This document shows positions 20,259-28,762 of a stretch of DNA of 64,000 bases, piece by piece (positions within the stretch are counted from its first letter, which is position 1; every line of letters begins with the position of its first letter). The position numbers and the translations under genes are program-made. Below the pieces are notes generated by a model that was not told the origin of the DNA, searched no databases, and was given only the letters and a program-made list of their open reading frames with translations. The DNA is from Alphaproteobacteria bacterium UBA2966. Its GTDB lineage: Bacteria > Pseudomonadota > Alphaproteobacteria > UBA2966. The stretch is from the NCBI GenBank assembly GCA_002348365.1, contig DEBC01000107.1:10506-74505 (forward strand), given 5' to 3'.

Positions 20259-21181
20259 CTCCTGAACAAGAACAGCAAGCGGCACAAGACGACCTTCACG
20301 CCCCAGAAGTCTACAGAATTCTGGTGGCTCTCGATGCTACTGAGGACAGTCTGGCGTCACTCGATATGGCGACCCGTATGGCCGCGAAGTTGCGGGCCGA
20401 ACTGGAAGGCTTGTTCGTCGAAGACATCAATTTGCTGCGCATGGCCGATCTTCCCTGCACGCGCGTCGTGAGTGTCGCCACCACTTCGGGCCAAGGCATG
20501 AGCCTTCCTTCAATGGAACGCGAACTTCGCCGCCAGGCCCGTGTCGCGCGGGATACACTGGCCATGAACGCTGAGCGGTATGCGGTCCGTTGGTCGTTCC
20601 GCACGGCGCGGGGCGCTATGGCAAGTGAAATCCTGTCGGCGGCCTCGGAAGCAGATATAGTCATCGTGGGCAAATCGGATCGTGCCTACCCGCAACGCCT
20701 TAGGCTGGGCGCAACGGCACGTACACTGAGCGCCCATTCCCCAAGTGCCGTTCTTATTGCACACCACCGTTTCGTCACGACGGACTACTCGCCCCCGGGC
20801 GCGATCCTGGTCGCCTACGATGACACGGAAACCGGCGACCGGGGATTGAGACTTGCTGCCCGGCTTGCCTTAAGCGAACGACATCCCCTCACCGTTTTGA
20901 TTCCCGACTCGAAACGCGCGGGGCAACGATTGAAGGATTCAGCTGAGACTCTCCTGAACGCCTTCGGCCTTCAACCACGGATTCGTATGATCGATCGAGG
21001 TGAATCCTCCCGCTTGGTGGAGATGGTTCACGCGGAGCACGGCGAGTTGTTCGTGCTAGGTTGCGAGAGTCCACTGTTGCGCGGCAAGACAACGGACAAG
21101 GTCGTTGAAAGCCTCGAGGTTCCGGTACTCTTGATCCGGCCGTCGCCTGTCGATCTGGATCAAGCCGAGATAAGAGGATAG
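20255..21181 (+). CDS. Tandem universal-stress-protein (UspA-like) domain protein
   Basis: The GTG at 20255 overlaps the Lon TGA (GTGA), with an AGGGAGAA SD upstream. There are two USP-like halves (YRILVALD...IVIVGKS...AVLIA and ILVAYDD...LFVLGCES...VPVLLIR). Confidence 0.6.
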   Translation: MTPEQEQQAAQDDLHAPEVYRILVALDATEDSLASLDMATRMAAKLRAELEGLFVEDINLLRMADLPCTRVVSVATTSGQGMSLPSMERELRRQARVARDTLAMNAERYAVRWSFRTARGAMASEILSAASEADIVIVGKSDRAYPQRLRLGATARTLSAHSPSAVLIAHHRFVTTDYSPPGAILVAYDDTETGDRGLRLAARLALSERHPLTVLIPDSKRAGQRLKDSAETLLNAFGLQPRIRMIDRGESSRLVEMVHAEHGELFVLGCESPLLRGKTTDKVVESLEVPVLLIRPSPVDLDQAEIRG

Positions 21182-21702
21182 CGGGCTTCGGGCGCGTAGA
21201 CGGCTCCGCTGCGGCCCAGGCTGCTTGAGTAAAGAACGAATTCGCTCAACGGAAAGGCCTCGGATCTGAAGGCAGCATTCGCCTGCAGGTAGCTGACCAG
21301 TTTGTCCACCTTCATTCCCTTGAGTCGTGCCAGCGTGACGTGCGGATGGAGCTTCCTTGGCTCGGCATCGAGTCCGGCCCAGACCAATGCCGATTCGATT
21401 CTCCCCTGCAACACTTTGAGTGATTCACATCCTTGCACGCCGGCCCAGAGTGTTCTCGCACGGCGACGATCGCCGAATATATCGACGCCCTCGAGAGTGA
21501 GCGAAAAGCCGGAAGATCGGACATTGGACAGCGCATGGTCGATCTCGGGCAACAGGGGCTCTTCGACTTCGCCGATGAAGCGGAGCGTCAGATGCATGTT
21601 GGCGGGTTCGACCCAGCGAACATCGGGAACGCCATTGCAGAGACCCGACAACCGATCTCGCACGCGGTCAGGCAACTCCAACGCAACGAACAGCCGTATC
21701 AT
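21160..21702 (-). CDS. thpR: RNA 2',3'-cyclic phosphodiesterase (2H phosphoesterase)
   Basis: LFVALELP...HLTLRFIG...HVTLARL gives the two HxT/S motifs of the 2H family. Confidence 0.8.
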   Translation of the reverse strand: MIRLFVALELPDRVRDRLSGLCNGVPDVRWVEPANMHLTLRFIGEVEEPLLPEIDHALSNVRSSGFSLTLEGVDIFGDRRRARTLWAGVQGCESLKVLQGRIESALVWAGLDAEPRKLHPHVTLARLKGMKVDKLVSYLQANAAFRSEAFPLSEFVLYSSSLGRSGAVYAPEARYPLISA

Positions 21703-21794
21703 GGTCGGTCCCCAGATCTGTCGATACCCTGAAATGACAGCTTTCCATCGGCGCCGAAACGCCTGCGACTGGGCTTCACGGGAATCTCCCTCAA

Positions 21795-22496
21795 TTATTC
21801 GGAATTCAACAGGCGCTTCACGTAAGGACCAATGCGCTCAACGATCACGGCGACGCCATCAGCATTGGGATGCATCCCGTCGGGCTGATTGAGGTGCGGC
21901 TCCGCCGCCACACCATCGAGAAAAAAGGGATACAGCATGACGTCGTGGGCCGCCGCCAGATCCGGATAAATTGAATTGAAGGCTTTCGCATAACGCTCAC
22001 CCAGATTGGGGGGCGCCAGCATTCCGGCCAGCAGGACCCGGACATTTCGCTTCTTCAGCTTCTCCAGAATCGCATTCAGGTTTCCCGCAGCCTCCGCTGG
22101 ATCGATCCCGCGCAATGCGTCATTGGCGCCAAGTTCGACAATCACTGCATCCGGCATGTCGCTTAGGACCCAGTCCAGCCGGGCACGCCCACCGGCAGTC
22201 GTCTCACCAGAAACGCCTGAGTTGATGACGCGAACCCGCACGCCCGCCTTACGCAGGGCGGTCTCCAGCCGTACGGGAAACGCATCTGACGCCGGAAGGC
22301 CGTAGCCCGCCGTCAGGCTGTCACCGAACGCAACGACAACCAGTTCCCGTTCTGCCGTGGCGCTCGTCGCAGCAACTCCGACGCCGACAATCGCGACAAA
22401 TATGGCGAAAATCGAGACACGACCTATATGGTAGAGGCGCGCACGCCGTGACGGCGCAACGAGTCGTTTTCCCGAATTCAATAACTGTTCCCACAT
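21795..22496 (-). CDS. SGNH/GDSL arylesterase (TesA-like), secreted
   Basis: A signal-like N-terminus, then VVVAFGDSLTAGYGL...GANDALRG...DGMHPN. It is divergent from ybbA-like/ybbP-like genes, as in E. coli tesA. Confidence 0.8.
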   Translation of the reverse strand: MWEQLLNSGKRLVAPSRRARLYHIGRVSIFAIFVAIVGVGVAATSATAERELVVVAFGDSLTAGYGLPASDAFPVRLETALRKAGVRVRVINSGVSGETTAGGRARLDWVLSDMPDAVIVELGANDALRGIDPAEAAGNLNAILEKLKKRNVRVLLAGMLAPPNLGERYAKAFNSIYPDLAAAHDVMLYPFFLDGVAAEPHLNQPDGMHPNADGVAVIVERIGPYVKRLLNSE

Positions 22497-23234
22497 ATGC
22501 CTGAACCCGTCGAACTGGATTTACCTGCCGCACCACCCCAACCAATGGTGCTGCTAGAAGATGTGCACCTCACTCTGGAAAGTCGAGCCGGAGCGGTCAA
22601 TATTCTGCGTGGCATCAATCTGAACATCGAAACCGGCGAGTCCGTAGGAGTCGTCGGTCCCTCAGGATCCGGAAAATCGACGATGCTCGCCGTGACCGCC
22701 GGGCTGGAGCGGACGAGCACCGGACGCGTGACCGTCGCCGGAATGGCATATGAAGGACAGAACGAGGATGCACTCGCCCTGTTCCGCCGTCGCCATATCG
22801 GAATTGTATTCCAGGCCTTTCACCTGATACCGGCCATGACCGCGCTGGAGAACGTGGCGGTACCGCTCGAACTGTCGGGAGATCGAAACGCTTTTGATAC
22901 TGCCCGAGCCAGCCTCTCCGCGGTCGGTCTGGAAGATCGTGTCGACCACTATCCGGCGCAACTGTCGGGCGGCGAACAACAGAGGGTCGCCTTGGCGCGG
23001 GCGTTCGCCGCGGAACCCGCATTGATCCTGGCCGATGAACCGACGGGGAATCTCGATACCGAAACCGGACAACAGATCATCGACCTGATGTTCGAAATTC
23101 GCGCCAGGGAGAACACCACGCTGATGCTCATCACCCATGACGCGGCGGTGGCAAATCGCTGCGACCGGGTCGTGCATCTCAATGACGGTCGCATCGAAGC
23201 GCCTGCTGAAGTCGCGCGGGCTACGGCAACCTAG
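22497..23234 (+). CDS. ABC transporter ATP-binding protein (YbbA/LolD-like)
   Basis: GPSGSGKST, LSGGEQQRVALARA and LILADEPTGNLD. The start could instead be the ATG at 22545. Confidence 0.85.
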   Translation: MPEPVELDLPAAPPQPMVLLEDVHLTLESRAGAVNILRGINLNIETGESVGVVGPSGSGKSTMLAVTAGLERTSTGRVTVAGMAYEGQNEDALALFRRRHIGIVFQAFHLIPAMTALENVAVPLELSGDRNAFDTARASLSAVGLEDRVDHYPAQLSGGEQQRVALARAFAAEPALILADEPTGNLDTETGQQIIDLMFEIRARENTTLMLITHDAAVANRCDRVVHLNDGRIEAPAEVARATAT

Positions 23235-23242
23235 AGCACTTG

Positions 23243-25813
23243 ATGAATCGAGGAAGCGAAATCGCTGGCCGGTCTGACGGCCGCCCCGGCGGCTCTTGGA
23301 CAATAGCGTGGCGTTTCGCCCGCCGCGAGCTGCGGGGTGGGATAAAGGGGTTCCGAATATTTCTGGCCTGCATCGTATTGGGTGTCGCAGCGATCTCAGG
23401 CGTCGGCTCTCTCGCCGAAGCCTTTCGTGCCGGCCTCGCCGAGAACGCCCGGGCGCTCCTCGGGGCGGATGTCGAGATTCGGGTCTCGGCGCACGGAGCT
23501 ACGCCCGACCAATTCGACTGGTTGCGCGACAACAGCGAGACTCTCATCACAGTGAGAGAACTGCGGGCAATGGCTTATGCCACCGGGTCCGAGGAACGCA
23601 CGCTGGTTGAGCTCAAAGGGATCGACCCGGGCTACCCTCTCTATGGGACCGTGGTCCTGTCGCCAGCCATGGAGTTGTCCGAGGCCCTCGCACCACGAAA
23701 CGGATTGGCGGGCGCTGTGGTGGAAAAAACCCTGATGTCCCGCATTGGCGTCGCGATCGGCGACACCGTTCAGGTCGGCGATACACGCATTGAAATTCGT
23801 GCTACCATCGCTCGCGAACCCGACCGTGTCGCGGGAGCCTTCACCCTGGGTCCTCGACTCATGGTGACCAATGAAACCTTCGATGCCACCGGACTGGTCC
23901 GCATCGGAAGCATGTTGCGACACAAGTACCGTGTCCGCCTGCAGCCTGAAGAGACGGTTCGCCCCTGGGTCGACAAACTGAGTGCAGCATTCCCGGACGC
24001 CGCTTGGAGGGTCTTCGACCTGGACGACGCGCAACCTTCCGTGAAGCGGTTCGTCAATCGCCTGGGCATTTTCCTGACCCTGGTGGGACTCACGGCGCTG
24101 GTGATTGGTGGTGTGGGAATCGCCAACGCGGTGGCCAGTTATCTCGCGAGCCGAACCGAGGCCATTGCGACGTTGAAGTGCCTGGGCGCATCCTCCGATA
24201 TCATCTTTCGGACCTATTTTCTTGAAGTTGGCATTCTGGGAACTCTGGGAATCTGTATTGGCCTCGTCCTGGGCGGCGTGACTCCGGCGCTTGCGGCCTG
24301 GCTTGCGGGTGCAGCCCTTCCAGTCCCGCCCGTGGTCGACTTCTATCCATCGCCTCTCATCCTGGCGGCGGCGTTCGGAATCCTGACGACAATCATTTTC
24401 ACCCTTTGGCCACTGGCGCGGGCACGGGATGTTCCTGCGGCCGGATTGTTTCGGGACATCGTCTCCCTGATCCGCAGACTGCCCCAAACGCGATTCGTGT
24501 TTGGCACCGCAGTGGCCCTTGCCGCATTGGTCGCCCTGGCTCTTCTGACGACCGAGTATCTCTTTTTTGCGCGATGGTTCATTGCGGGAGCGGCTGTGTC
24601 CCTGTTCGCATTCTGGCTTGTCGCCAAGTTGATCGTCTCCGGAGCGAAGCGACTAAGACGGCCGAAATCTACCGTTTTCCGCCTTGCCCTTTCGAACCTG
24701 ACGCGGCCCGATGCACCAACCGCCGGGATCGTGATGTCAATTGGGGCCGGCTTATCAGTTCTGGTGACGATTGCCCTGATGGATACAAATCTCTCCCGGC
24801 AAATTGCCGATCGCATCCCCGAACGGGCGCCCACGTTTTTCTTCATCGACATCCAGCCTGACCAGGTCGCACCGTTCGAGGAAGTTGTTGCAGGAATCGC
24901 AGGCGCGGAGTTGCTGCAACGCATGCCGAATCTTCGTGGCCGTCTCGCGCTGATCAATGGAATTCCGGTTGACGAGGCGACATACGACCCGCGCGCTTCC
25001 TGGTTCGTCAATGGGGAGCGCGGCCTGACACACGCCAGCGCGCGCCCCGAAGGAGTTGAGATCGTGGCCGGCGAATGGTGGCCCGAGGATTATTCCGGCC
25101 CCCCGGCAATTTCGCTGGATGCACACATCGCGGTGGAACTGGGTATCGGGATCGGCGACACACTCACTTTCAACGTTCTGGGACGCCGCATCACCGCCGA
25201 GATCAAAAGCTTGCGGACAATCGACTGGAGCCGAATTCGGGTCGAGTTTGCAACGATCTTCGCGCCCGGCGCCCTGGAGGGTGCACCGCAAACTCACGTC
25301 GCGGCCGTGGGAGTCACGCCTGAAGCCGAAGACCAGCTGCACCGCGCCGTTACGGATCGCTTCGCGAATGTCTCTGCTGTTCGTATCAGAGACGTCCTGG
25401 AGACAATTACCGACATGTTCACACGCATCGCGGCGGCAGTAAGCGCAAGTGCCAGCGTGACGGTTGCCGCTGGTTTGCTCGTGCTGGCCGGCGCGGTCGC
25501 CGCGGGTTACCGCCGCCGGGTGTATGATGCCGTGATCCTCAAGGTTCTCGGCGCCACGAGATCCAATGTGACAAGCGCATTCGTGGTCGAATATTCGATA
25601 CTTGGCTCGATCACCGCGCTCCTCGCCGCGCTGGTCGGAACAATCGCAAGTTATGTTGTGATGTTTTTCGTGATGGCGGGCGACTGGGTGTTCGATCCGC
25701 TTGCCGTAGTGTTAACCGCAGCTGCTGGCATTGGCGTGACCGTCCTGCTTGGCTTTGCGGGTACGTGGAGAGCGCTGGGAGAGGACGTTATGACGGTTCT
25801 CAGGACGGAATGA
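23243..25813 (+). CDS. FtsX-like ABC permease (YbbP-like, duplicated FtsX domains)
   Basis: About 855 aa with two FtsX-type 4-TM modules and large periplasmic loops. It follows the ATPase gene by 9 nt. Confidence 0.8.
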   Translation: MNRGSEIAGRSDGRPGGSWTIAWRFARRELRGGIKGFRIFLACIVLGVAAISGVGSLAEAFRAGLAENARALLGADVEIRVSAHGATPDQFDWLRDNSETLITVRELRAMAYATGSEERTLVELKGIDPGYPLYGTVVLSPAMELSEALAPRNGLAGAVVEKTLMSRIGVAIGDTVQVGDTRIEIRATIAREPDRVAGAFTLGPRLMVTNETFDATGLVRIGSMLRHKYRVRLQPEETVRPWVDKLSAAFPDAAWRVFDLDDAQPSVKRFVNRLGIFLTLVGLTALVIGGVGIANAVASYLASRTEAIATLKCLGASSDIIFRTYFLEVGILGTLGICIGLVLGGVTPALAAWLAGAALPVPPVVDFYPSPLILAAAFGILTTIIFTLWPLARARDVPAAGLFRDIVSLIRRLPQTRFVFGTAVALAALVALALLTTEYLFFARWFIAGAAVSLFAFWLVAKLIVSGAKRLRRPKSTVFRLALSNLTRPDAPTAGIVMSIGAGLSVLVTIALMDTNLSRQIADRIPERAPTFFFIDIQPDQVAPFEEVVAGIAGAELLQRMPNLRGRLALINGIPVDEATYDPRASWFVNGERGLTHASARPEGVEIVAGEWWPEDYSGPPAISLDAHIAVELGIGIGDTLTFNVLGRRITAEIKSLRTIDWSRIRVEFATIFAPGALEGAPQTHVAAVGVTPEAEDQLHRAVTDRFANVSAVRIRDVLETITDMFTRIAAAVSASASVTVAAGLLVLAGAVAAGYRRRVYDAVILKVLGATRSNVTSAFVVEYSILGSITALLAALVGTIASYVVMFFVMAGDWVFDPLAVVLTAAAGIGVTVLLGFAGTWRALGEDVMTVLRTE

Positions 25814-26217
25814 CGGCACCCGGAAACGAGGTGACGGCCTCGGATCCGCGTCGCCGCGACTGGGACGCGCGCTATGCGAGTTGGATGATCGGCTGGGGTC
25901 TGCCGGCGATCGCACTGGCCGGCGCGGCTTTCAGCGATATCGAGAAGTTGGTCTGGGCGCCGATGCTCACGTGGATGGGTGTGGCGTGCATGGTGAACGC
26001 CCGACGTTGCAGCCGCATGCACTGTCATTTTACGGGCCCGTTCTTCCTTGTCATGGCATTCCTTTCGTTGTTGTACAGCCTGGACGCGTTGCCGCTGGGC
26101 GCGCATGGCTGGGCCTGGCTGGGAGGGGCTATCGTTGTGGGCTGGTTGGGCCTTCGAACGGCCCCCGAGCGCTTATGGGGCCCCTATCGCCGATCAAGCT
26201 GGTCTGGGGGAAGATAA
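25810..26217 (+). CDS. Hypothetical 4-TM membrane protein with CSRMHCHFTGPFF motif
   Basis: The ATG at 25810 overlaps the ybbP-like TGA (ATGA). Hydrophobic segments flank NARRCSRMHCHFTGPFF. I could not assign a family. Confidence 0.45.
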   Translation: MTAPGNEVTASDPRRRDWDARYASWMIGWGLPAIALAGAAFSDIEKLVWAPMLTWMGVACMVNARRCSRMHCHFTGPFFLVMAFLSLLYSLDALPLGAHGWAWLGGAIVVGWLGLRTAPERLWGPYRRSSWSGGR

Positions 26218-26320
26218 GAGGTGTTTTCACCCCGGAATCGGGCGTCGTCCTTGAAATGCCACGATTTTTCACCAATATTATCCTTGACTTTGGGAAGGTC
26301 ATAAAAAGGGACTGATCATC

Positions 26321-27040
26321 ATGGCCGAAGACATCAAGGCGCGCCTTTCATTTGGCGCGACTGCCGCGGAACAGGCGGCGATCGACGAGGGCCTGCGCGC
26401 CTATATGCTCAAGGTGTACAACTACATGGCCTCCGGCGTGGCGCTCAGCGGCATTGTTGCGGCACTCATGGCATCGTCACCCTCGCTGATGCAGGCGATT
26501 TACGGAACCGGACTGCACTGGGTCGTCATGCTCGCACCCTTGGGTTTCATCCTGGTGCTGAGTTTCGGCGTTCACAAACTAAGCGCCACCGCGACACAAG
26601 CGCTCTTCTGGGCATTTGCCGCGGTCATGGGCGCATCGCTGTCATGGATATTGCTCGCCTACACGGGGGCGAGCATCGCACGCGTTTTCTTCATCACCAC
26701 GGCAACGTTCGGCGCCATGAGCCTCTATGGCTACACGACGAAACGCGATCTGACAGGTATGGGCACCTTCATGTTCATGGGCCTGATCGGCATCATCATC
26801 GCCAGCATCGTGAACATCTTCATGGCCTCATCGGCACTGGACTTCGCGATTTCGGTCATCGGCGTTCTGGTCTTCGTCGGCTTGACGGCCTATGACACGC
26901 AGAAGATCCGCAACATGTATTTCGAGGCGGACAGCACCGAGGTAGCGACCAAAAAGGCCGTCATGGGTGCGCTGACGTTGTACCTCGACTTCATCAACCT
27001 GATGCTCATGCTGCTGAGGCTGTTCGGCGAACGACGCTGA
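26321..27040 (+). CDS. Bax inhibitor-1/YccA family membrane protein
   Basis: LRAYMLKVYNYMASGVALSGIVA..., 7 TM segments, and a C-terminal DFINLMLMLLRLFG. Confidence 0.85.
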   Translation: MAEDIKARLSFGATAAEQAAIDEGLRAYMLKVYNYMASGVALSGIVAALMASSPSLMQAIYGTGLHWVVMLAPLGFILVLSFGVHKLSATATQALFWAFAAVMGASLSWILLAYTGASIARVFFITTATFGAMSLYGYTTKRDLTGMGTFMFMGLIGIIIASIVNIFMASSALDFAISVIGVLVFVGLTAYDTQKIRNMYFEADSTEVATKKAVMGALTLYLDFINLMLMLLRLFGERR

Positions 27041-27071
27041 TTCGTCAGTAGAATTCAGTTCGAATCGAGAA

Positions 27072-27099
27072 GGCTCGGCGAACCCCGCCGGGCCTTTTT
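27072..27099 (+). terminator. Rho-independent terminator after the BI-1 gene
   Basis: ggctcggcg(27072-27080) aaccc cgccgggcc(27086-27094) forms a 9-bp stem with one G-U pair, followed by TTTTT. Confidence 0.7.
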
Positions 27100-27123
27100 G
27101 ACTCCATCGTCACAAAGGATCTG

Positions 27124-27492
27124 TTATTTGCAGGGAAAAGCCTGTTTAAGCGTCGCCAGCACACCCTCGGCGGCCGGCCGACGACGTTCACCGAAGTTCT
27201 GTTTGGCCCATTTCATGAATGCCCAGCGCACCTCATCGTCGCGGTTCTGTTCAGGCAAACAAATCTCTTGATTGTTGCGCGTCAATAAATAGGCGTCCGT
27301 AAATCCCCGCAGGTATTGCTCGCACTCGGCCTCAGCGGCGGTACCCCAGCGCGCGTCATTGTCCGATTCAAAACATGGCGAAAGTAGTTGCTCGATTGTG
27401 TAGTCGGACAACGATACCGCCCCCGCCTGAACAAACCAGCCAACCCCCGCCGTGACTGCCACAACCCCCAGGAGTTTTTGTAGATTCTTCAT
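27124..27492 (-). CDS. Secreted 4-Cys protein, Rap1a/Tai-family immunity-protein-like
   Basis: ATG at 27492 with a GGGAG SD and the signal peptide MKNLQKLLGVVAVTAGVGWFVQAGA. The pattern C...C..Y..G..D...IC.P...PA...V...FPCK matches my recollection of Rap1a/Tai proteins. Confidence 0.45.
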   Translation of the reverse strand: MKNLQKLLGVVAVTAGVGWFVQAGAVSLSDYTIEQLLSPCFESDNDARWGTAAEAECEQYLRGFTDAYLLTRNNQEICLPEQNRDDEVRWAFMKWAKQNFGERRRPAAEGVLATLKQAFPCK

Positions 27493-27599
27493 CTCCCGAT
27501 CCCTTCCAAACATTGCTGCAGGGTGCGGCACATCCAAATGAGTGGGACACAACAACGGTGACGATTCCAAGGTTCCATCGGCTCCACTCCGGATCCTGT

Positions 27600-28679
27600 T
27601 CAACGAGCAAGTTCTTTTAGTGCTCGACCCATGACCGCTTGGTGCTGCGCGTTATCCAGCCACCCTGGCGTGCTCACGGCAGCCCAGACGTCCTCGTTCG
27701 GCATGTTCTGGTGGCAGCCCATGCACAAACCCGTGCGCTCCATCTTTCGTCGCATTGAAGCCGGGAGTGGACCGGTCAGAGGCCAGTGTGATCCCACGCT
27801 GACAAGTTGACGATCATCGCGGGTCACAATTTGGGAAAGATCGTGATCAAGAGCCGGCACCGCAGGTGACTGCACGACGGCGCTGTCAGGAATGATCTCG
27901 CCCGTGGCGGTCTCGAGGTCCACGACAAAGCCCTTGTCGTAACCCTTGAGGAATTGACCGTCCTCAATTCCGCAGCCCATGGCCTTGGGATTGTTGTGGC
28001 AGCTTTCGCAATCACGAGCCCGTCTACCCGCCGTATGTGGCTGAACTGCCGCTGTATCGAGGCCCTTACCCTCCGGTTTCATCCAGATCTGATTCTGCGC
28101 AACCGTGTTGCCATCCTTGTCAATCACGGTGGTGATGGCCTGACAGCCAGGCATCATAGGACTAACCCGGCCTTCGCCGTTGATTCCAAGAGTCGGCGTC
28201 TCCCAGCGAAGGTAAGATCGGGTCTCCGAGACTTTCCCCGCGCTCTTCAGACCATTGGTGCCGAGTTCGTTATCAGGCGTTAGTCCGTCGGCGCCCCGCG
28301 CATTCGCGTTCTTGATTCAATCGATGTCGGTCTTGCCCTTGGAGTAATCGACAGTGATATGACAGCCGAAGCACTGCGGAGCCCAGTCCGCATGGAAGGC
28401 GTAACACTCCATGCTGTCCATATGACCGGCCACGCTGGACATCGCCACCTCGGCAGCTTGATCTTTCCAGCCGTCGGTCAGTTTGAGCTCCTTCAAAACG
28501 GGAACATCAAAGTCGAGGCCCGAAGCTGAATGAAGGATGACCCTGTTACCCTTCTTGACAACATTTCCGCGACGACCTCGCCCACCCAAGCCGGCAGACC
28601 GATCCGTTCCGTCCCTTCTCCAAGGGCCCGTGTCGTAACCAGCATGATGAACAAGAAAAACGCGACTTCCACGATGCAC
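27600..28679 (-). pseudogene. Multihaem c-type cytochrome remnant, interrupted by an in-frame TGA and lacking a signal peptide
   Basis: ORFs 28317..28679 and 27600..28157 share one frame. I translated the gap codon by codon and the only stop is TGA 28317-28319. There are three CxxCH motifs (CFGCH, CESCH, CMGCH). The N-terminus is bounded by a TAA and has no export signal. Confidence 0.55.
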
Positions 28680-28762
28680 ACCGGTCGTTTACATGGTTTC
28701 AGTGAACGGCGTTCCCCAACTGATACTAGCGCGCCCAACCGAGAGATAAGGAGAAACTTTGC

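Noticed and set aside
23396-24487. 363-aa minus-strand ORF
   Set aside because: It is antisense to the FtsX-like permease, and the highly charged Arg/Gln/Asp composition is not protein-family-like.
27057-27067. AGTTCGAATCG resembling a tRNA T-loop (GGTTCGAATCC) after the BI-1 gene
   Set aside because: The flanking bases do not form a T-stem, acceptor stem or anticodon arm, so it is not a tRNA or a recognisable tRNA fragment.
28317-28319. TGA as selenocysteine, and TAG at 58834/59107 as a recoded sense codon
   Set aside because: No convincing SECIS-like hairpin follows the TGA, and no Sec or Pyl machinery is in the window. TAG and TGA terminate many well-supported genes here. Nonsense mutation is the simpler reading, so this is kept only as an alternative in the findings.
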